Of a stretch of DNA of 64,000 nt, positions 11,015 to 20,973 are shown one piece after another. Location: the NCBI GenBank assembly GCA_963829335.1, contig CAWHIE010000001.1, positions 174,474 through 238,473 of the forward strand, written 5' to 3'. How positions within the stretch are numbered: the first letter of the stretch is position 1; each line of letters begins with the position of its first letter. The notes below the pieces were generated by a model. That model did not search any database and was not told the origin of the DNA. It worked only from the letters and a program-made list of their open reading frames with translations. The translations under genes were made by a program, and so were the position numbers. The DNA is from an uncultured Methanoregulaceae archaeon (GTDB lineage Archaea > Halobacteriota > Methanomicrobia > Methanomicrobiales > Methanospirillaceae).

Positions 11015-11587
11015 ATGTCCAGATCAACTGTATTCATCACGACCTTCTGCATCTCTCTTGTACTGGTGTCCCTGGTGATGATTGCCGGGTGTACCACAAC
11101 CCCCACCGGTCCCGGAGGGACAATCCCGGCGACCTCCTCACCTGCACCAACCGTGACCTCAGTACCTGTTTCAACCTCAAATCCTGATCAATCCGCTGCA
11201 AACATCCAGCTGAAGGGTAATATCTATGGATTATCCTCCAATCCGCTGACGGGAATTGACACCATCAGGTTCACTATCGGTACGGGATCATCGCAGACGC
11301 CACCTATCGACCTGACCAGGATGGAAATTGTCTTTTCAACCCAGGGTACTGCTCCCGTAACCCTCACCCAGAGCACCAGCGATTCATTAAGAACGTTTTC
11401 CACTACCATGGGGAACAATCACGTTACCTCCCTCGGTCCCGGCGACGAGGTTGAGATAGATTTCAGGGTGCCTGTAGTTCCCGGTGGGACCAGAGTAACT
11501 ATTGAGTCGAGACCCCCCGTTGGCGCCGTGTTACCCCTCTCAAAGACGGTGCCGGAAGTGATTTCGTCAACGACTGTTCTCGATTAA
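11015..11587 (+). CDS. Lipoprotein with archaellin/pilin-like globular domain
   Basis: Lipobox IAGC, T/P-rich linker, then NIQLKGNIYG..IRFTI..PPIDL..LGPGDEV..IESRPPVGAVL, resembling the archaellin C-terminal domain. Confidence 0.7.
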   Translation: MSRSTVFITTFCISLVLVSLVMIAGCTTTPTGPGGTIPATSSPAPTVTSVPVSTSNPDQSAANIQLKGNIYGLSSNPLTGIDTIRFTIGTGSSQTPPIDLTRMEIVFSTQGTAPVTLTQSTSDSLRTFSTTMGNNHVTSLGPGDEVEIDFRVPVVPGGTRVTIESRPPVGAVLPLSKTVPEVISSTTVLD

Positions 11588-11741
11588 ATCTCTTTTTTTT
11601 AATAATTCATGAAATACCCTCGGTAAAAGGTGGACAATTCAATCGGGGTTAACCGGTCATTCATTCATGAAAGTGTTGTGTCAATGATCAAGCTGATAAG
11701 AACCCGGATGTCCATGTACTGGAATTACCGGAACGGATGGT

Positions 11742-11912
11742 ATGAAACACCTGGACCTGAAACCTTCAATGGCTGGAGGGGTTATTTTTGGCCTCATTGT
11801 CGCGATTGTGCTGTTCTTCGCCCCCACACCACCGGGTTTTGCCCTCGCAGTGGGCATAATTTCTGGCGTTATAGCATTTGTTGTCCTGGATGACGGTGAG
11901 AAAGAGCGATGA
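11742..11912 (+). CDS. Small two-TM membrane protein (56 aa, below ORF-track cutoff)
   Basis: Translates to MKHLDLKPSMAGGVIFGLIVAIVLFFAPTPPGFALAVGIISGVIAFVVLDDGEKER*. Confidence 0.55.
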   Translation: MKHLDLKPSMAGGVIFGLIVAIVLFFAPTPPGFALAVGIISGVIAFVVLDDGEKER

Positions 11913-12213
11913 ATTTCTGTTCCGGTTGTAGTTGTACATTCTCATAAAATCCAGTCCAGGTTGAAGAACAACAGCAGAATATCCAGATATACCGTAAAAA
12001 AATCCGTTATGATATTACCCCTCTCTAATAATGCGGGGGATATGGGTATACTCCAAAAATGCCACTTTTTTAATATCGATTATACTGGCGGATGTGTGTT
12101 TAATCAACAGAAGTTCAATTCGCGGTCGTCAAATTTTTTATTTTCATGAAAAGATTTAAGTCAGTATTATTCAATCGTTTTACTATCCCCACGTATCCTG
12201 GGGAGGGGATACC

Positions 12214-12535
12214 ATGAGCACCGAAACTGTTGAATTGCAAAAGGCAAAATATGCCTATATTATCAGTATCGTTGGATTGGGCGAGTACTTGCGATTATTA
12301 TTATACTCATCCTCATAAAGTACGGGACTGGATCAACTGACGTCGTCGCGATTGTTGGTACCATTACCGGATTGGTTGGAACAATCGTCGGAGCTTTTCT
12401 AGGAGTTCAAGCTGGTGCAAAGGGTAAGCCGGCCCTGATGTTACAATTAAAAGAGACACAGTTGTTACTGAATCGTGCATTTGCCCAGCTCTTCCAAGAA
12501 ATGAGGCTGAAAAAATATTATCCAAAACGGAATGA
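12214..12535 (+). CDS. Small membrane protein, frameshifted
   Basis: RBS GGAGGGG; MSTETVELQKAKYAYIISIVGLG, then shifted VLAIIIILILIKYG..VVAIVGTITGLVGTIVGAFLGVQAG; 3' end approximate. Confidence 0.5.
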
Positions 12536-13075
12536 AAAAGGATAAATTCTCAATTTTCCAGGCTTTTTTTTTAGATTTCATCAACGTCAAGATTACCGGT
12601 TAATGAGTGGGTACCAGGATTACATTGCTCACCTGTAATGGCATTTTTGTGTGCTGAATTGACCTGAAAAACGTAATTTGTTCCGGCTTTCCTGAAGAGA
12701 CTGAGGGGTACTGGAACGATGCAGCGGTGAATTCCCTATCTGCCGGGGAAAAATCTGCCGATGGCCTGAATATCCCCCTGTTTTTATTACCGCCGGTCCA
12801 AAAATGGGTTTTTCACTAAGAGGGTGCCATGAAAAAAAAACACGAAGAACGACAACCCCTCATTCTCAATAAGCACATCAGAGTGAGAGTGGATCATGGG
12901 GGAACAGGGGGTATCGGGAACCGGGTAAATCAGGTATGAAACCCTGGACGACACACGGGAGGCTACAGCCGGACAATGCCTGCAGCCTGCCTGTAAAAAA
13001 CCGGAACAGCACAGTCTCTACCGAAAAAGAATTAAACCGGGCATTGGTACTGACATGCTAAGTGCATAGTCAGCT

Positions 13076-15137
13076 TTGGTTCAGGATAGTCCAAGGGTAG
13101 AGAGAGGTCCGGCTCACGTCAGAACCTGTCCTCTGTCACTGCCAGAAGATGATGTTGTGGATAAGGACTCATGGAACTGGGAGGATATTCGGGATGGAGC
13201 CCGCCGGACCATTATCGGCGCCAAGAAAAACATCGAAGACCCGTCACTATTCCATAAGATTGCCTTAATACCCGTCCTTGCCTGGATCGGGCTTGGAGCA
13301 GATGGCGTCTCGTCATCGTCCTACGGACCTCCTGAGGCTTTTGTGGCACTGGGTGGTCACACCTATCTCGCCATTTTCCTCGCATTGGGTACCGCAATAA
13401 CCGTTTTTATTATTTCCTATGCCTACTCCCGTATTATCGAACATTTCCCCAGTGGTGGCGGGGGGTATATTGTCGCTACCCATACGATCAGCCAGCGGGC
13501 AGGTGTCGTATCCGGAAGTGCGCTCCTCGTAGATTACATACTGACCATCACGGTCTCCATTGCCGCCTGCGCCGATGCGGTCTTCTCATTTTTACCCTAT
13601 TCATACCAGCCGTACAAACTGGTGGCAGCCTGTCTGCTCATCATAATACTGATTGAAATGAACCTGCGTGGGGTAAAAGAGTCCATCCTTACGCTTGCAC
13701 CAATATTTCTTGTGTTCATCGTAGCCCATGCCCTGCTTCTCGGGTATGGGATCTTTGCTCATGCTCCCCAGATCGGCATGGTCACCGGAGGATTCCAGTC
13801 CGGGCTCTCAAACGATCTGGCGGCCGTAGGTATGATCGGCGTTCTTGCCATCTTCTTCCGGGCGTATTCTCTGGGAAGCGGAACCTATACCGGGATCGAA
13901 GCGGTTGCAAACGGGATGCAGATCATGCGCGAGCCTAAAGTAAAAACCGGAAAGCGGACGATGGGATATATGGCATTCTCTCTCGCAATCCTTTCCGGCG
14001 GACTCTTCCTGTGTTATCTGCTCTGGAATATCCAGCCGGTTCCGGGACAGACCCTGAATGCCGTACTGGCGGCGAATGTGTTTGGAGGCTGGCCGTTGGG
14101 AGAAGCCTTCGCACTGGTCACCATCCTGTCTGAGGGTGCCCTCCTCTTTGTGGCGGCCCAGACCGGGTTTATTGACGGACCACGGGTCATGGCAAATATG
14201 GCAATCGATTCGTGGCTTCCCCGGTCCTTTGCTATCCTCTCGGAGCGCCTCACGATGACCAATGGGATCCTCCTTATGGGAGGATCGGCACTCCTGCTCA
14301 TGATCTTCTCGCACGGATCCATCGTTTTTCTCGTCACCATGTACGCAATAAATGTGTTCATCACATTTTCCCTGTCCGAGTTCGGGATGACACGGTTCTT
14401 TTACAAGAACCGGGCCACTGAAAAGAACTGGAAACGACATATACCCATCCACATTATCGGGTTTATATTATGTAGTGCAATCCTCCTTATCACCCTCTAT
14501 GAAAAGATTGGTGAAGGGGGCTGGCTCACGTTATTCCTGACATCTGCACTTGTCGGGCTCTGTTTCCTGATCCATGATCATTATCAGAGAGTAACGCGGG
14601 GGTTAAGGAAGTTAGATACCCTGCTTGAGGTTATACCCGCGACCGGGAAGTAAAAATACTGAGCCCGTGAATCCCCATACAATGACCGCTGTCCAGCTCG
14701 TTTCCGGGTACCATGGTTTTGGCGTAAACACATTTTATTCAATTGTCAAAAATTTCCCCGGAGTCTATGAAAATTTCATTTTTGTTTCGGTTGCCGTGGT
14801 AGATTCGGGAACATTCAAGGGTTCGGCGGAAGTCACGGCACTCATGCAGTCAACGGAGAACTCACTCAATAAATACGTGAATCTTGCCAGGGAATCAGGC
14901 TTTGCAGCTGATTACCGGATAGATATCGGGACCGATGTTGTTGAAACGGCAGTTCCCCTGTGTAAACATATCGCAAAGGAATTTCCGAATTCCACATTTT
15001 TCACGGGACAGATTGTCTTCCGTCACGAAAATCCCTTCCAGAAGATACTGCATAACGAAACTGCATTTGCGATACAGCGACGTTTGCAGTACAGCGGTAT
15101 TACCACGGTCATTATGCCCCTCCGTGCGGAACGATAA
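13076..15137 (+). CDS. APC-family permease, KimA/YdaO-like (probable K+ transporter), frameshift near 14650
   Basis: GADGVSSSSYGP, FPSGGGGY, TGIEAVANG; cytoplasmic C-terminal domain (LHNETAFAIQRRL) continues in ORF 14625..15137. Confidence 0.85.
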
Positions 15138-15241
15138 ATTGGGGGGGACCTGCCATGCAGTCCTGTACCGGGAGTTCAGACACCGGAAAGAAACATTCGG
15201 GGGATCGCGATCATTATTATGTGCGGTTCAGGGCTCCGGTA

Positions 15242-15607
15242 TTACCCTTTATACCGGCGATATTTCATCTGGGGTAGACCGCTTTTGTACATTGAATCGT
15301 CAAACGAATCGTACCCCCATTCAGTTATTTCACCGCTCACCGATCGGGTGGAATAGAGCCCGGGCTGTATCTTTGTCCAGTTGCCCGTATCTGTCTCTTC
15401 CCCGCGGTTGAGAAAAAACGTCATGGAGAGAAACGTCTGGTTTTCATAAAAAATCACGTGGCGATCCGATGCCGGTGGCTCTCCCCCTATCCACTGGCCG
15501 ATAATGGGATCGGGTGTGTTACTGAGAGTATGTATTCCCGGGAGTATGCACCCTGCTGTCAGGATTGTGCAGAAGAACATTGTGCACACGATCCACGCTG
15601 ATCGCAT
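15242..15607 (-). CDS. Hypothetical lipoprotein
   Basis: Lipobox LTAGC followed by DPIIGQW beta-rich domain. Confidence 0.65.
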   Translation of the reverse strand: MRSAWIVCTMFFCTILTAGCILPGIHTLSNTPDPIIGQWIGGEPPASDRHVIFYENQTFLSMTFFLNRGEETDTGNWTKIQPGLYSTRSVSGEITEWGYDSFDDSMYKSGLPQMKYRRYKG

Positions 15608-16009
15608 ACTTGATGATTGAATAGTTCTGACACGTTTAAGCTTTCTCTCATGAGGAATCAAAACAGCAATATTTTTTTATGCTGACGTATATCTTCAGGA
15701 GCAATGAGGGGAGAGGATCTTTTCAAAAAGAAATTGTTGGTGGGATCAGACGTGATACCATTGTATGTTCAATGCGGTTCACTGGTAATTCAGAAACGAT
15801 AAGGGTGAATGGTTCTTAAAATCAGGGAAATGTGCCTATGTCCCAGAGAATATGTCCGAGATGTGGAAAGGATATAACCTGCCCGTATTGTAAGGGAAAG
15901 AGATCCAAAGCTCACAACTCTGGTAGTTTACCTTTGACCAGTCTCTGCAAAAATTGCGGGGGATCCGGACAAATTCCCCACCGGTGTTCTGATTACTATG
16001 GGGTGTAAT

Positions 16010-16502
16010 TGGCAGCCGCAGGCAGGCTGAAGATGAATTCCGCCGGGCGGAAAGGAAGCTCAAACTCCTGTCCAGCATAACGCGGCATGACATCAGCAAC
16101 CAGATTACCCTGCACACCGGGTTCCTCCGGATTCTTGAGAAGAAGCAGACCGATCCCACACTCAGTCAGTATTTCCAGAAGATTTCAACGACTGCAGAAC
16201 GGATCTCCGCCATGATCCGTTTCATCAGGGAATACAAGAAGATTGGAATTAAAGCCCCTCTCTGGCAGGAGATCCGGACCCTTATCGGGACAGCGGCCAG
16301 CGAAACCATGCCCGGAACAATCGTCGTGAAAAACGATGTTTCGCACGGATTCGGGAAGAACACCGGGATCGGGCTCTTTCTTGCCCGCGAGATCCTTTCC
16401 ATTACGGGCATCACTATCCGGGAGACCGGGACTCCGGGCAAAGGAACACGGTTCGAGATAACGGTACCAAAAGGGGCATACCAGGTCGCCGGTGAGAAGT
16501 GA
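16010..16502 (+). pseudogene. Truncated, internally deleted sensor histidine kinase remnant
   Basis: RKLKLLSSITRHDISNQ H-box and GFGKNTGIGLFLAREILS G2 box are present. Sensor domains, N-box and G1 box are missing relative to the paralogue at 2924..4609. Confidence 0.8.
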
Positions 16503-16641
16503 AATTCGGAGCGGGTGGCGAAGGGTGTGCGTAAAATTTTTCGGTGTGAAAAGTTCTATCGCGATTCATTTGTTACCCATACAACACCCGGCGCAAATAT
16601 TTTTCCACAAATATAAATTCCACGAGGGATAGTTATTTGTT

Positions 16642-17520
16642 ATGGATTCATGGAAAAGATACATTCTTTTTTTGATTCTCCTGGTAATAGTGACAGGTTC
16701 AGGCTGCATCTCACAACCTGCAGATAATACTTCTTCACCAATAACCATAACGAAGCAGCCACGGGAAGAGTCTACGCCCCGGTATATCGGGGATCACCGG
16801 TACTGGATCAGGATCGATCCTATCGCCGATTTTCGATCAGAGTCACCGTTTACAGTGACCGGAACATCGAAATTTAATATTAACGTGACAACTAATTACC
16901 CCGAAGGATCGCTTTTCTGGGTTAAAATTGTTGAAGTCGAGAGATCACGTCCCCTGATGTCAGAAGTCCTCGTTCCATCGAGTGTTAATAGTGACGGGGT
17001 GAATTCATTTTCCTATCCTTTTGATATTCAGGGCAATCCCCCGGCACATTACCACGTGGAGATCCGCAAGGCCAACCAGAATGTTACCGGACCAGAAGAG
17101 TTCAGGATTATCCTGATCCCTTCAAAAGAACCGTGGCTGTGGGTCCATATCGATCCAATCATATGGCCCCAACAAGATGAAAATCTGAACGTAACTGGGA
17201 CGACAAATCTTCCGGTGGGGAGTGAGATTTCACTTGAATCAGCGACATGGGGCCATACATGCGTATATCCAGTTCCTGGTTCACCACCTATAAATAAAAC
17301 CGGGATGCCGAGATCCTATTGCAATGGTGGATGCAATGAGAATATAGAAGGAACCTGTCCCGTTATTAAAGGGAATCAGGGAATAAATTTGTGGAGTGTA
17401 TACTCTCAATACAACAGACTGGTGTATTGATGAAAGACACTGGGTCAGTGCAGGAGTACGCAACTGGACGAATGTAACGGGGGATTACCAGGAATTTCTC
17501 AATTGGATAGATTTTTTTAA
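16642..17520 (+). CDS. Secreted lipoprotein with duplicated W.xIDPI..NVTxTTNLP module (frameshift near 17400; end approximate)
   Basis: Lipobox GSGC; YWIRIDPI..NVTTNYP and LWVHIDPI..NVTGTTNLP; continues as TLNTTDW in a second frame. Confidence 0.65.
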
Positions 17521-17797
17521 GTTCATTTTGATCCTTGCGATATCACATCTGAAGGTTACAAAAACTGCGAGACCGGTAATCCGGATTAATGAAAGTTATA
17601 AAGAGAAAATTGTGTTATTAATTAAGAGAAGTGGGAAGACAGGATTTTTTGAAATACCTGCATTAAGATGCAGTGCTCCGGCAGGTGACTCCTGTGTTTG
17701 GTCGGCAGATCCATGATGGCAGAGAAAATCGGGGATGAATTATCTCTCTGCCTCCAGATAAACCAGAGATCATATCGCCGGTAACGGGGTCACCGGA

Positions 17798-18129
17798 TCA
17801 CCCGGGAAAACCAAAAAATGAAAAGCCAACCTTCATGAGCACCGGCATATTCGTAGCACCGAGATAGATCACACAGCCGAGCAGTGCGAAATCTTCCGGC
17901 AGGTCAAAACCGATAATATAGTAATGGTATTTTTTCACGACAGCGTCAATAATCTCCGGGGACAGCGGCCTTTTCTGCGTCCGGCAGCATTGCCATCCTG
18001 GTTTGCCTCGTCCCATGCGAGAGGCTGTCTCTTCCAGAACCTGAAACCTTCTTTCAGGCCATACCCGAACGCGTGCCATTCGATATCGGTGAGGCCCAGA
18101 AAGACCGGGGTTACCGGGTCTTCCAGCAT
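17798..18129 (-). CDS. Hypothetical membrane protein, gene 4 of cassette (frameshift near 17980)
   Basis: MLEDPVTPVFLGLTDIEWHAFGYGLKEG.. joins ..PLSPEIIDAVVKKYHYYIIGFDLPEDFALLGCVIYLGA..; start overlaps the previous stop (TAATG). Confidence 0.6.
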
Positions 18130-18602
18130 TACAATCCCCCGTCTTTGATGGCGATCTCAAACACCGGGCTCGTGGAGCCGCCATTCCCCGGGCTGAAATC
18201 CCTGACCCGTCCCATCTGGGCGAACTTCCTGCGGCCTGTCCGGATCTGCACCATGTGGATCCCCGGTGCACGCGGCCAGACCCGGCGGCCATCTATATCG
18301 TGCATCTCCTCATAGGGCGGGATATCGAACCAGTCCGGCCAGAACCGTAGGCCCCGGGGAATATCGGTCCCCCGCCTCAGGTCCTGCAGCCGCATCGGCG
18401 AGAGGTTATCATAGATCACATCGATGATCAGGTTCTCATCACTTCTGTCCGGGTTCAGGTCCAGTTCATAGAAGACGGGATTCCGTCTCACTTCGTCCCG
18501 GGTAAGGGGTGTGTTCACCGTGAGCGGTTCAAGCCCGCCGGATGTTCCCCGGTACAGGCCGGTCACCCGTGCGACCGGTTGCGATACGGCTTCAGCTTCC
18601 AT
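18129..18602 (-). CDS. Hypothetical protein (157 aa), gene 3 of cassette
   Basis: Clean ORF with GGGAG RBS, coupled to both neighbours. Confidence 0.7.
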   Translation of the reverse strand: MEAEAVSQPVARVTGLYRGTSGGLEPLTVNTPLTRDEVRRNPVFYELDLNPDRSDENLIIDVIYDNLSPMRLQDLRRGTDIPRGLRFWPDWFDIPPYEEMHDIDGRRVWPRAPGIHMVQIRTGRRKFAQMGRVRDFSPGNGGSTSPVFEIAIKDGGL

Positions 18603-18756
18603 GCCAGTTCTCCCTCAGGCTTTCGTGTTCAGCCCGGAGTTTTTTGAATTCCTCAACGACCTCATCGTACCTGCCGATCTTCTGGTAGATGACAAACAGC
18701 ATCGGGTAGATCGGCAATACTGCTCCCAGCATAATGCCTAACAGTTCTATTTCCAT
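18592..18756 (-). CDS. Small membrane/coiled-coil protein (~54 aa), gene 2 of cassette
   Basis: MEIELLGIMLGAVLPIYPMLFVIYQKIGRYDEVVEEFKKLRAEHESL; one TM helix plus charged helix; GGAG RBS. Confidence 0.6.
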   Translation of the reverse strand: MEIELLGIMLGAVLPIYPMLFVIYQKIGRYDEVVEEFKKLRAEHESLRENWHGS

Positions 18757-18848
18757 ACGAATACTCCAGAAAAAAGACGAAAAATGCCCGGACGGAAAGG
18801 GGAACATTGCAGTTCCTATCCCTCCGGGCCTTTCTCGTCCGGATACGA

Positions 18849-19352
18849 TCAGGCTAATGCCGGAACGGTATCGGCCCAGGTATCGACCGCCGTCCGGATG
18901 GCATCATCCGAGTAGGAGGTGAGGGTCACCTGGCCCCGGCTGAAGTTCACCATGTACAGCTCGCCGTTCACATCGTGGCAGCGGAGCGATGCCGTATAGG
19001 TTTCCGAGTCCGGCTGGCGGACCGCGGTACCGGCGTGGGCGGTCGTGATGGCCGCTGCAGCGAGGGTCGCAGCGATACCGGCGTTGAACCCGGCGATGGT
19101 GTTGTACCGGTCGGATGCCGTACCCACCGACTTTGCCTCTGCATCCTCGTACACGATCTTTGCCACGTACGATTCACGGGTCTTTTCAACAGGCGGGTGG
19201 CTGACGCCTGCGGTCATATATGCTACACATGCAAACGGGTTGTCGGCGATGACCGACTGGACGATCGTGTTGAACGCCGCCACGTCTGCTATCGGGCTCG
19301 CGAGTTTGCGAACCGCACTTTTTACATTTGTGCTTTGGACAAAATCTGCCAT
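18849..19352 (-). CDS. Ala/Thr-rich hypothetical protein (MADFVQ..WADTVPALA), gene 1 of cassette
   Basis: Clean 167-aa ORF with host-like codon usage; I recall similar multicopy hypotheticals in Methanomicrobiales (not verified). Confidence 0.8.
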   Translation of the reverse strand: MADFVQSTNVKSAVRKLASPIADVAAFNTIVQSVIADNPFACVAYMTAGVSHPPVEKTRESYVAKIVYEDAEAKSVGTASDRYNTIAGFNAGIAATLAAAAITTAHAGTAVRQPDSETYTASLRCHDVNGELYMVNFSRGQVTLTSYSDDAIRTAVDTWADTVPALA

Positions 19353-19758
19353 TGTTTTTCAACTCTTTTTTGTGTTTTTCTGGCTGGTTCATCTGAACCA
19401 GGAAGATGGGAATGATGACATTTAGTCTCCATTCGAATCGGGGTGTCTCGGGGCCCTTTGACATACACTTATACGACGTGTGAGGGCTTAGTCGTGACTG
19501 AATCTTTTTGAAAATGGGGAAATGGGGATTGGATTGTTGTTTGATTGGGGATTGGGGCGTGTTATGAGCGGGGAACCTTTGGGAAAAAACGGGAGAATGG
19601 GGGAAAATTTGTTGATGAAATCAGTTATTTGCATTAATGGTCATATACAAATGGTTCGAACGCTTCTTTTTAAAATAAATCTAGAATTCGAGCAAATAGC
19701 ATAGGTTTTTCGATAATGAAATTAATAAATTAATTTAAAAAATTTATGGTAGACTTTA

Positions 19759-20478
19759 ATGAAAGATATAAAAAAAATTGTAGATCGATCTATAGAAAAA
19801 AATTGCAAATCGATTATATTTTATTATATTGCATATATTCAATTATTTATTTTACTCTCATCAATTATTTTAGTCATAATTGCTTTATTCGTGTTAATTT
19901 CATTCATTAATCTAATTTTCTCATTAGTATATGCCATAATCGTAGGCCTCTTTTTTTTGTTGTTTGGACGTTATGAGGAAAGATTGGGGGAAGATACGTA
20001 TCAATTAATACAAAAATATCCCGAAAGTCAGGTCGGGGAAAATCTCCATGCAATTATTATTGTGCATAAAAAATTGCCCAAAAAATCACCATATTCACCA
20101 AGTGATTACACCGAAGGAGTTGATATATTAATAAAAAAATTCCGAAACAATTCGATGCCTCAGAAATATCAAATATACGATATTTCTTTGAAAACAGAAT
20201 TTAAAGAAAAAATTGAAAATTGCAATGCTACCCACATATGGATTTTTGGTCATGGTCGACGATATGGGATAAAAACTATCGATGGTTTGTTATGTTATTT
20301 CGAATTAAAAAACATAGGACAAATCGAGTTTGTTGGACAATATCATTGTAATTCGTTATTAGGATCTAGTCTTGCTGATTATTATCACCCAAAGTATCAA
20401 GATGTCACCCGGTGGCCGAGATTTTCCTTTGGAATTCGGATATCTGTGAAGAAAAAATTAAATGAAATGGGAATATGA
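19759..20478 (+). CDS. Membrane-anchored caspase/CHAT-like cysteine protease
   Basis: Two N-terminal TM helices; HIWIFGHG and FVGQYHCNS give the His-Gly and Cys pattern of clan CD proteases. Confidence 0.6.
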   Translation: MKDIKKIVDRSIEKNCKSIIFYYIAYIQLFILLSSIILVIIALFVLISFINLIFSLVYAIIVGLFFLLFGRYEERLGEDTYQLIQKYPESQVGENLHAIIIVHKKLPKKSPYSPSDYTEGVDILIKKFRNNSMPQKYQIYDISLKTEFKEKIENCNATHIWIFGHGRRYGIKTIDGLLCYFELKNIGQIEFVGQYHCNSLLGSSLADYYHPKYQDVTRWPRFSFGIRISVKKKLNEMGI

Positions 20479-20973
20479 TATAAAAAAAAGAACCCAATCG
20501 GTAAATATGTGGTTGAATAAGGTCACGAATTACCAGGAAAAGGAGATTTCTTACGGTTATCTGATAGCGTTAAAAACGAGAGAAATTAGTACGTTCTCTG
20601 ACAGTTCAGAACGTCACTTTTAACGTTTCAACGTCAGGACTAAACGTTAGAGACGTGACGATTCCGACAAAATTCGACAAAAATACTTACATTAACTTAC
20701 GCGGAATAGCAGGAAATGGGATTTTCGAAGGGAACTTTATACTACATGAAAAAGAATGCGAAGGCCCATAAACCATTTACTCTAAATAAAAATGTTAGAG
20801 AAAGGCTGGAGTAGTGGGGGTTTGAGGGAAATCCGGGAATGTGTGGAAAGGATTAATCAATTGCCATGAAATTTAATCTGATGCATTCTGATATAAAGGG
20901 CATACTGATTATTATAGTTCATTACTAGCGATGATTCCCTTTGCCCATTATGCGGCTTCTGAAACGGATGAGC

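Noticed and set aside
12600-13075. c-di-AMP (ydaO) riboswitch upstream of the KimA-like gene
   Set aside because: GCTGAAT and GGTGAAT fragments are present, but the conserved 3' GCTAACC..GTAAGC element and pairing were not found.
14600-14700. Programmed ribosomal frameshifting here and at other split genes
   Set aside because: No consistent slippery heptamer or stimulatory structure; the number and spread of breaks fit assembly indels.
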